The notes below the pieces were generated by a model. That model did no database searches and was not told the origin of the DNA. It was given only the letters and a program-made list of their open reading frames with translations. The position numbers were made by a program, and so were the translations under genes. A stretch of 63,701 nt of DNA, the filler included, from Octopus bimaculoides (lineage: Eukaryota), in the NCBI RefSeq assembly GCF_001194135.2. It is 6 parts of 6 records of this genome, joined end to end, with 100 filler letters (N's around TTAATTAATTAA, not from the genome) between each part and the next. Parts side by side here need not be neighbours in the genome. Positions count along the whole stretch, not along the records: positions 52,255 to 60,034 come from NC_068996.1; positions 60,135 to 61,606 come from NC_068987.1; positions 61,707 to 63,701 come from NW_026432877.1; 3 more parts are not named here. One strand, given 5' to 3'. Of the stretch, positions 54,525-63,701 are shown one piece after another. Each line of letters begins with the position of its first letter. The first letter of the stretch is position 1.

Positions 54525-55117
54525 TATTTAGGAATTAGGATATTTTAGGGATGAAGAAAACATTTCTGGAAAATATTTAAATGATATATTCAGTGTGTCA
54601 TACAATAAAAGTATACAAATTTGTTATATAATGGTAACAGCTTCAACAGGTTGAAGAATATGGAACTGGAATAACATTAGACCAAAACATGTCTGAATTT
54701 TTCACCCGTACTAGCTATTATTTAAAAAAATTGTTCTTTTACTGATTCAGGTAGATTAGGCGCATTCAGTCACCTTGACTCAAACTTTTGCCCTCCTTTT
54801 CTTGTGTGTGTGTGTGTGTTCGTCTAGTTATGAATGTGTTTATCTTTTCTTCTCCTTCTTTCTCCGAATGCACAAAAAAGCACACAGATATAGAGAGATA
54901 AATACGGATTGAGAGAATGAGAGAACAAAACATAGACAACTACATTAATGGATAAACAAATACATACGGAAAACTAAAAGAAGGCAAGAAAAATTTAAAG
55001 ACAAATTGAGACAGAAAAGGACGACTTCGCTCGTTGTAGATGCACACGAATTTTTAGTAGTAAGGGCACCACTGAAATAAATTATATAAATATGTATGTA
55101 CATATTATATAAGTGCA

Positions 55118-55119
55118 CA

Positions 55120-55198
<79 letters not shown>

Positions 55199-55211
55199 GT
55201 ATCTATCTATG

Positions 55212-55270
<59 letters not shown>

Positions 55271-55271
55271 G

Positions 55272-55330
<59 letters not shown>
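55118..55330. repeat. (CTAT)n tetranucleotide microsatellite, ~210 bp
   Basis: Direct reading. Confidence 0.95.
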
Positions 55331-56139
55331 ATATATATATATATATATATATACAAACACATATACATATATATATTTATGTGTATATATATATTTATTA
55401 TTTTTATTTATGTGTTTCAGCCAAGTGGCTGCGGTCATGCTGGTGCACCACCGTGAGATAAATATATATATATATATATTTATCTCCGTCGATCTATGGA
55501 GAGACAATCAGTATATCTGTGTGCGTATGTATATTAGAGACAGAGAAAGAAAGGGAAAGAAAAAGAGATAGGGTGAGGGAGAGAAGGCGTGAGAGAGATA
55601 GAGAGGGGACATGAGAAAGGAGAGAAAGAGGTGTAGCAAAGTAGGAAAATCAATAAATATATACTTGCGAATACGACTATTTTTTGTTTGCACAGTTACT
55701 GTCATTTGGTGGTATATAGTATCTATTATAGAACTACAGGTATAATATACCCCCTGTAATACTTTTGATGATATATATATATATATATTGGTATATTGCT
55801 TTTGCAGTATTATTCTTGAGATATGATTGTGCTACATATTCAGTGCGTATAATTACAAGTATATATTACTTTGTGTATATTTGCTCTGTATATTGTCATT
55901 GGATTATATAGATCTTGCCATACATAAGTGCTTCTACAAAATTGCACGATATATATGGCGGTATACAATTGTTAGAGATATTTACTGTTATACAAGTGGT
56001 GGTATATATAATAGCTGGCAAGGGGTGGCCGTTTTATAGCTAATGTATGTGTGAGTGTGTGTGTATGCACATTGCTTTTGATTTTGTCGACAACACTGTA
56101 TAATAGGGTCAGTTGGTCATCGTCTGTGAGAAAAACAAC

Positions 56140-56887
56140 ACAATGACACAATTCACTCTGCCACAAATTTAGAAATGACATGGTGTACTGCTTGGCATTC
56201 GCACCGGAGGCTCCAATACGAATATTTCAGAATGTTTTGGTGTCAATTTGAGGACATATACCGAAAGTGATAAGGAACAAACACCCATTCAACACCATAG
56301 TGTTTGGAGTGACAACTGGTGATATTGACGTCATGCCTCCATTCATCTTACCACTAGTAATGGTGATGTTATGCCTCCATTCCTCTTCTCAACACGGAGG
56401 CCTACATCAAGTGCCTGCAGCAGGTAGTGCTGCCCTGCGTCAAGAGGGTGGCCGTTGGAAGACCCTATATTCTGGCAACAGGACTCTGCAACATGCCACA
56501 CATGCAGGAGAAACCAGGCATGGTTGTCAGGCAATTCCTGTGACCACATCACTCCTAACATCTGGTCACCTAACTCCCCAGACTGCAAACCCTTGATTAT
56601 TATGTGTGGGTCGCAGTTGAGCGGGAGACCAACAAATCTCCTTGTAACACCAAAGATGAACTGAAGGCAAGGACTATGGCAGCATTCACCAAATTAAAGA
56701 GGGAGACCATTCAGAAGAGTTGCATGAGATTCCAAAGTCGTCTGAATGGCGATCTTATTGAATAAATTTACTCTTTACTATATCAAGATATCTTTATGAA
56801 ATTTTGGTAAATATATCTGTTAAAATGAGATGTCAGTATTATTTTCATTTCTGCGTAATTTAGACGAAAGCTTATTCAGTGCACTCA
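56140..56887 (+). mobile_element. Internally deleted, decayed Tc1/mariner (DD37D/maT-like) transposon
   Basis: WQQDSATCHT...IWSPNSPDCKPL, then after a frameshift DYYVWVAVERETNKSPCNTKDELKARTMAAF. These match the QQD.A..H and WP.NSPD.NPLDY.VW transposase motifs. Confidence 0.85.
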
Positions 56888-57084
56888 CNNNNNNNNNNNN
56901 NNNNNNNNNNNNNNNNNNNNNNNNNNNNNNNNNNNNNNNNNNNNNNNNNNNNNNNNNNNNNNNNNNNNNNNNNNNNNNNNNNNNNNNNNNNNNNNNNNNN
57001 NNNNNNNNNNNNNNNNNNNNNNNNNNNNNNNNNNNNNNNNNNNNNNNNNNNNNNNNNNNNNNNNNNNNATATATATATATATAT

Positions 57085-58030
57085 ATATATAGGGAGAAAT
57101 CACAAAAATAAAAAAAAACAAAAGACGAAGACAGGTGGTGTAGAAAACAATAAGATGTATTAATATAACGCTCGGGAATTGAAAAAGTCTTTAACGATTC
57201 GAGCCTACGCTCTTCCACAGAAAGAACACAGAAAGAAACAAGTAGAGAAACAAGCAGAGAAAACAAATGTGTGTAGTGGTTAACGATCTATCATGGCGAA
57301 TGCCGGACAGAATGGTCACACAGGAGAGTTAAGAAGAAGGGGAGTTAACAAAGTAGTAGTGATCCCAAAACGAAGATGCGCGTGTATGTAAGAGAGTACG
57401 TATGAAAGAGGGCTGGTGATCTTGACGTGTTCGTGTGTGTATGTGTAAGTGTGAAAATGTGGGGATGGGAATTGGTCAAGGCTGGTGTGTGCGTGATGGT
57501 GTGTTGTGATGTGATGTGTTGTGTGGTATGGTATGCGTTGTGTGGTATGGTGTAGTGTGGTGTAGTGTGAGGGAGTTGGGAGGTGGAGTTGGAGAGGGTG
57601 AAGAAAACACGGGTGGGGTGTGGGTTAGGCTGAAGGTTGGGGTACAGATGGGGTATATGGGTAGGCAGATTGTGTGGTAGAGGTGAGGTATGCGGGAGAG
57701 GGTGTAAGGGATGGGATAGGGTGGGATGGGAAGGATAGGTGGGTAGGAGTGTGTAGGGCTGGGGTGGGCTTATGAAGGAGAGTTGACGATGAAGGTGGGA
57801 AGGGGAAGGGGGTATGAGAGAAGAGAGAAAGAGATGAATAGAGAAAGAGAGTAGGGGTGAAGAGAAGTAGGAGTCGGAGCAAGAGAGGAGAGGTGGATGA
57901 GAGGAAGTAGGAGGGTGGGGGAGAGAGGCAAGGGGAGGAGGTTAAATGAAGGGGAGAGATGTGGCGCAATGGAGCGAAGAGAGAAGACTAATCCCTGTTC
58001 ATGGTGCAAACGCGTGTCCGGGTGGCCCCA
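57085..58030 (-). mobile_element. Penelope-like element 3' portion (GIY-YIG C-terminal remnant plus terminal repeat)
   Basis: Minus strand DTRLHHEQGLVFSLRSIAPH resembles the Penelope EQ.LIF.L.T..P.GLN terminus; the downstream repeat matches 34746-34925. Confidence 0.65.
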
Positions 58031-58093
58031 TACATACAAACACACACATATATACGTATGCACATTCACACTCAGACACATATGTGTGTATAT

Positions 58094-58466
58094 AGGCGTA
58101 AGAGTGGCTGTGTGGTAAGTAACTCGCTTACGAACCACTGAGCATGTGTCTTCTACTATAGCCTCGAGCTGACCAGAGCCTTGTGAGTGGATTTGGTAGA
58201 CGGAAACTGAAAGAAGCCCGTCGTATATATGTATATACATATATATGCATGTGTGTGTGTGTGTTTGTCCCCCCACCATCGCTTGACAACCGATGCTGGT
58301 GTGTTTACGTCCCCGTAACTTAGCGGTTCGGCAAAAGACACCGATAGTATAAGTACCAGGCTTCCAAAGAATAAGTCCTGGGGTCAATTTGCTCGACTAA
58401 AGGCGGTGCTCCATTATGGCCACAGTCAGATGACTGAAGCAAGTAAAAGAGTAAAAGAGTAAAGAG
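58094..58466 (+). mobile_element. Near full-length tRNA-derived SINE (family A) with internal (TA/TG)n microsatellite and (taaaagag)n tail
   Basis: Head aggcgtaagagtggctgtgtggtaag, body gaaactgaaagaagcccgtc, 3' half cttagcggttcggcaaaag...gactgaagcaag. Other copies at 59246-59440(-), 52420-52575(-), 50185-50340(+), 49705-49830(+), 41090-41240(-), 32500-32655(-) and 3440-3590(-). Confidence 0.85.
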
Positions 58467-59245
58467 TATANNNNNNNNNNNNNNNNNNNNNNNNNNNNNN
58501 NNNNNNNNNNNNNNNNNNNNNNNNNNNNNNNNNNNNNNNNNNNNNNNNNNNNNNNNNNNNNNNNNNNNNNNNNNNNNNNNNNNNNNNNNNNNNNNNNNNN
58601 NNNNNNNNNNNNNNNNNNNNNNNNNNNNNNNNNNNNNNNNNNNNNNNNNNNNNNNNNNNNNNNNNNNNNNNNNNNNNNNNNNNNNNNNNNNNNNNNNNNN
58701 NNNNNNNNNNNNNNNNNNNNNNNNNNNNNNNNNNNNNNNNNNNNNNNNNNNNNNNNNNNNNNNNNNNNNNNNNNNNNNNNNNNNNNNNNNNNNNNNNNNN
58801 NNNNNNNNNNNNNNNNNNNNNNNNNNNNNNNNNNNNNNNNNNNNNNNNNNNNNNNNNNNNNNNNNNNNNNNNNNNNNNNNNNNNNNNNNNNNNNNNNNNN
58901 NNNNNNNNNNNNNNNNNNNNNNNNNNNNNNNNNNNNNNNNNNNNNNNNNNNNNNNNNNNNNNNNNNNNNNNNNNNNNNNNNNNNNNNNNNNNNNNNNNNN
59001 NNNNNNNNNNNNNNNNNNNNNNNNNNNNNNNNNNNNNNNNNNNNNNNNNNNNNNNNNNNNNNNNNNNNNNNNNNNNNNNNNNNNNNNNNNNNNNNNNNNN
59101 NNNNNNNNNNNNNNNNNNNNNNNNNNNNNNNNNNNNNNNNNNNNNNNNNNNNNNNNNNNNNNNNNNNNNNNNATATATATATATATATATATATATACAT
59201 ACACACACACACACATATTTATAGATATATATGATCGTTTATTCT

Positions 59246-59440
59246 TTTATCTGTTTCAGTCATTTGACGACGGCCATGCTGGAGTACCGCCTTTTGTCGA
59301 ACAAATCGACCTCGCGACTTGCTCTTTGTAAGCCTAGTATTCATTTTATCTACGTTTATTGCCGAACCGCTAAGTTACGGGACGCAAACACAGCAACATC
59401 GGTTGTCAGGCGATGGTTGGGGAACAAACACAAACACGCA
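59246..59440 (-). mobile_element. SINE family A, 3' half, inverted
   Basis: Reverse complement of 58265-58445. Confidence 0.8.
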
Positions 59441-59891
59441 AATATATACATACCTACACGCGCACACACACATACATATATACATTTATATACATATGCA
59501 TATATATATATATACACATACGTACATACATACATTCATACATACCTACATGCATACATACATACATACATACATACATACATACATACATACATACATA
59601 CATACATACATGTATGCATGTATTACCAATATTCATACTGTGCAGTTAGGAAATTTTATGGAACGGTTACATTTCAAAAGAAAGAATCAATATTCGAAGA
59701 ACGGAATTATTGGCTTTTCCATCAGAAAGTTTATTTTCGTATTTTCTCGTATTTTCTCATGTAGTGGCCATGTTATAAGTGACAGGATGGTTGTCGGATC
59801 ATACACAGGACGCATTATATAAACGCGTCCGATTGTAACATGAAACTTAACGTAGCTCACGTAAACACCTGTATTAATTAGACGATATGTA

Positions 59892-59930
<39 letters not shown>

Positions 59931-60001
59931 TTCAAACATATGTAATTATATATATATATATATACAAACACACATACACACACACACACACACATATATG
60001 C

Positions 60002-60034
<33 letters not shown>

Positions 60035-60146
60035 NNNNNNNNNNNNNNNNNNNNNNNNNNNNNNNNNNNNNNNNNNNNTTAATTAATTAANNNNNNNNNN
60101 NNNNNNNNNNNNNNNNNNNNNNNNNNNNNNNNNNATATATAAATAT

Positions 60147-60580
60147 CTAGCTGTGTAGTCCGTCGTTGCTGAACAATTTTCACAATAGAGTGCCTTTATT
60201 TAAAGTTTTTGTTCCCTGTCACATGAAATCCCCGACAGATAAGCCTCTTGATCAGTAGGAATTTCTGCATCATTTAGGTTAATTTATAATATCTCGGTAA
60301 GTAAGGTTTTTTGTTTTCTCAGGACGGGTTATCTGGGACAAAGTAAAATATCTCGCTAAACGAAGTCTTTCGCTTTTCCATTTGGTGCAAAGATTTAAAA
60401 TTTGAGTTTTTATTTCCTACTTTTGAACATTCAAAGTAAAGCTGACCATTGGAGAAGCAGAGCTCTGAAACATGTAAAATGTCAACCTAAAAGTTTTATC
60501 CTTGCGATTCGTTGACGGTCATGGCAAAACTATAATTAACTGGAACTTGAAGTCGCTTGAAGTGAAATGGGACGTCGTCT
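60147..60580 (-). mobile_element. Helitron 3' end with decayed Pif1-family helicase C-terminus
   Basis: Minus strand DVPFHFKRLQVPVNYSFAMTVNESQG*..LCFSNGQLYFECSKVG matches the RepHel pattern FKRLQFPV.LAFAMTINKSQG...FSHGQLYVACSRVG. Ends cagcaacgacggactacacagCTAG. Confidence 0.8.
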
Positions 60581-60734
60581 CCAGAGTCCATACTCCTGTG
60601 CACTTATATCCTGTACATATGATGGTGGTGGTGGTGGAGTTAGTGGTGGTTGGGTGGAGGTTTAGATGGCGGTGGTGGTGATTGGATAGTGAAAAGTATA
60701 TTATTTTAACTGAACTAATTTTTTTTTATATCCC

Positions 60735-61466
60735 CTATCATCTAACGCCTGCGCATAAGTGCAATTCCGTAAAATATTCACGCATATTTACGTGGCAGAT
60801 ATATGCAATTTAATTAAAGGGGGTATCATATGTACAAGATATATTTTTTTTTAATAACACACAAAAACCGTTAGATTCACTTCAACATTTAAATTTAATT
60901 TGTCAAAATATTTTCGTCGCTTTGAGACCGCGACCTGTTCACTGACAAAATTCCGTGCTGCATCTCAGAATTTTGTCAGTGAACAGGTCGCGGTCTCAAA
61001 GCGACGAAAATATTTTGACAAATTAAATTTAAATGTTGAAGTAAATCTAACGATTTTTGTGCGTTATTTTAAATGTCTTATAAACACCTTCGACGCTGCA
61101 ATTGTTTTCGTTCCAGCACACGATCTTAGATTAGGTCACTTGCTATGCAAGTACATCTCCGTAATTTTTTTTAGTTTTTGAGAAAAATGGAAAAATAAGA
61201 GCGAATATTTATTTTATGTGTACTGTGTATTAAGTCTATAAAATTGCGTATAAAGTGTATAAAGTATATATATAAAGTGTATAAAGTATATATATAAAGT
61301 GCATCAAGTAATTATCGTATTCCAATTTCAATGAGTAGCAGATAAGCAACGGTCTTTCCATACAGACACAACACAGACTAGGCTTTCAGGCATTTTTGAT
61401 AAAGTTTACAGACATAACTCAGTAGGTTTAAAATTAATTCCGTGAAATATTCACGGATCCCGCTAG
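60735..61466 (+). mobile_element. Non-autonomous Helitron-like element (5' boundary uncertain) containing a foldback
   Basis: 3' hairpin ccgtgaa-ata-ttcacgg (61440-61456) followed by CTAG|T (61463-61467); a partial copy of this hairpin motif lies near 60767; internal tataaagtg repeats at 61250-61300. Confidence 0.6.
60853..61068. repeat. Near-perfect inverted repeat: 101-bp arms, 14-nt spacer, 3 mismatches
   Basis: 60853-60953 is the reverse complement of 60968-61068; spacer cgtgctgcatctca. Confidence 0.95.
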
Positions 61467-61500
61467 TATATATAATTCTGTACATATGAGTTATATAATA

Positions 61501-61587
<87 letters not shown>

Positions 61588-61942
61588 TATGTATATATAT
61601 ATATATNNNNNNNNNNNNNNNNNNNNNNNNNNNNNNNNNNNNNNNNNNNNTTAATTAATTAANNNNNNNNNNNNNNNNNNNNNNNNNNNNNNNNNNNNNN
61701 NNNNNNATATATATACACGCGCACACACACACACGTTCGTATACACTTTATCGCACAAGCATAAAAGTGTCTTATATATCTCTGAAATACATCTAATTTC
61801 AACATACATCATGTAGTATATGCTACATTAGTAGTGTATTATATATAATATAGTATGGTATATATGATATAGTATGATATATATATCATAGTATGGTATA
61901 TGTAATATGATATGTAATACACAGATTGTATAAAAATGATTT

Positions 61943-62255
61943 CAAATTTTGGCACAAGGCCTGCAATTTCCGGGTACGGGTAAATTCATTACATCGACTC
62001 CAGCGTGCAGCTGTTCAGCTGTTACGTATTTTATCGAACCCGGAAGGATGAGAGGCAATGCCAGCCTCGGCGGAACTTGAACTCAGCTCGTCGCCTTTAG
62101 AGTTTGTATAATCATTTCTACTATAGACACAAGGCCTGAAATTTGGGGGAGGGGACTAGTCGATTACATCGACCCCAGTGCGTATCTGATACTTAATTAA
62201 TCGACCCCCGAAAGGATGAAAGACAAAGTCGGCCTCGGCGGAATTTGAACTCTGA
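61943..62255 (-). mobile_element. Two adjacent SINE family C copies
   Basis: acaaggcctg..atttc/tg..g, attacatcgac.ccag and cctcggcggaa.ttgaactc each occur twice, about 170 bp apart. Confidence 0.75.
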
Positions 62256-63551
62256 TCGTAGAGATTGTATGATAATAACGCTAGCAATTACGTCGAGCCA
62301 GAATCACTTTGCAGGGCCAAATCGAACCTGGATACGGAGAAATTATGGAATAGGTATTTTTGTAATGTGTAATGTCTAATTAACTATTTGAACTATATGT
62401 GTGTGCGTGAGTGTATGCATTATGTATATATATGACTATGTATGTATGTATGTATGTATGCATGTATGTATGTGTGTGTGTATGTTTGTATGTAAGTGTG
62501 TATGTATGTATGTATGTATGTGATGTGTGTGTACATATTACGTTCAAATCCCACTCGACATAAATTTTATTATAAATCTCACTCTACACTAAGCACGGTT
62601 GTGCCACCCACAGCTAAATCTTCCGTCATTATTCTTAAACTTACTTCAAGATTTATATCTTTCCCCGCACACACGCACTCAAATTATAAACATTTACACA
62701 TCTTTATTTGTATTCAAAGCGTGTTTTCACCAAATATATTTACAAACTTACTTTTACCGTATTAACTACGCCGAGTTCAACCGTTGAAAAGAAAGAAACG
62801 AGAGTTATTTTGGTTTGTCTTTGTATATGCGTNNNNNNNNNNNNNNNNNNNNNNNNNNNNNNNNNNNNNNNNNNNNNNNNNNNNNNNNNNNNNNNNNNNN
62901 NNNNNNNNNNNNNNNNNNNNNNNNNNNNNNNNNNNNNNNNNNNNNNNNNNNNNNNNNNNNNNNNNNNNNNNNNNNNNNNNNNNNNNNNNNNNNNNNNNNN
63001 NNNNNNNNNNNNNNNNNNNNNNNNNNNNNNNNNNNNNNNNNNNNNNNNNNNNNNNNNNNNNNNNNNNNNNNNNNNNNNNNNNNNNNNNNNNNNNNNNNNN
63101 NNNNNNNNNNNNNNNNNNNNNNNNNNNNNNNNNNNNNNNNNNNNNNNNNNNNNNNNNNNNNNNNNNNNNNNNNNNNNNNNNNNNNNNNNNNNNNNNNNNN
63201 NNNNNNNNNNNNNNNNNNNNNNNNNNNNNNNNNNNNNNNNNNNNNNNNNNNNNNNNNNNNNNNNNNNNNNNNNNNNNNNNNNNNNNNNNNNNNNNNNNNN
63301 NNNNNNNNNNNNNNNNNNNNNNNNNNNNNNNNNNNNNNNNNNNNNNNNNNNNNNNNNNNNNNNNNNNNNNNNNNNNNNNNNNNNNNNNNNNNNNNNNNNN
63401 NNNNNNNNNNNNNNNNNNNNNNNNNNNNNNNNNNNNNNNNNNNNNNNNNNNNNNNNNNNNNNNNNNNNNNNNTATATATATATATATATATAACATATAA
63501 TTATATATTTGAGTGGGTACAAAACGCATCTAAACATGTAGATAGATAGAC

Positions 63552-63588
<37 letters not shown>

Positions 63589-63666
63589 TTGATAGATAGA
63601 GAGATAGATAGAGAGATAGATAAATGAATACATATTTATATATGTATGTTCATATATGTATATATG

Positions 63667-63699
<33 letters not shown>

Positions 63700-63701
63700 G
63701 T

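Noticed and set aside
54641-54745. Protein-like plus frame LQQVEEYGTGITLDQNMSEFFTRTSYYLKKLFFY*
   Set aside because: An in-frame stop precedes the apparent donor, the alternative intron would be only ~43 nt, and there are no partner exons.

Overview
AT-rich animal genomic DNA, saturated with microsatellites and broken by many N-gaps. The SINE, RTE-LINE and Penelope repertoire suggests an octopus (coleoid cephalopod) draft assembly; this is inferred from recalled repeat families, not from a search. Almost all ORFs in the supplied track are microsatellite or N-gap artefacts. From 1 to about 36.5 kb the window is CpG-retaining and appears intergenic or intronic. It holds tRNA-derived SINEs, decayed RLE-type and CRE-clade retrotransposon ends, Penelope and Helitron pieces, and three degenerate tandem arrays. 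From about 37 to 52 kb CpG is strongly depleted, consistent with gene-body methylation. This domain contains a multi-exon minus-strand gene that the ORF track largely misses (best exons 50886-50971 and 48996-49174, then 46754-46794, 46399-46443, 46027-46084 and 42949-43071). Its spliced product has a nucleotidyltransferase-like (LicD/FKRP or CCA-adding) 'GSTLLGAVRD' motif. A less certain convergent plus-strand gene appears to end at 42511. From 55 kb to the end there is a Tc1/mariner remnant, a Penelope remnant, two Helitron pieces (one with a Pif1 helicase remnant) and a near-perfect foldback with 101-bp arms. No rRNA, true tRNA or CRISPR array is supported. All gene models are hand-spliced and need RNA-seq or homology confirmation.
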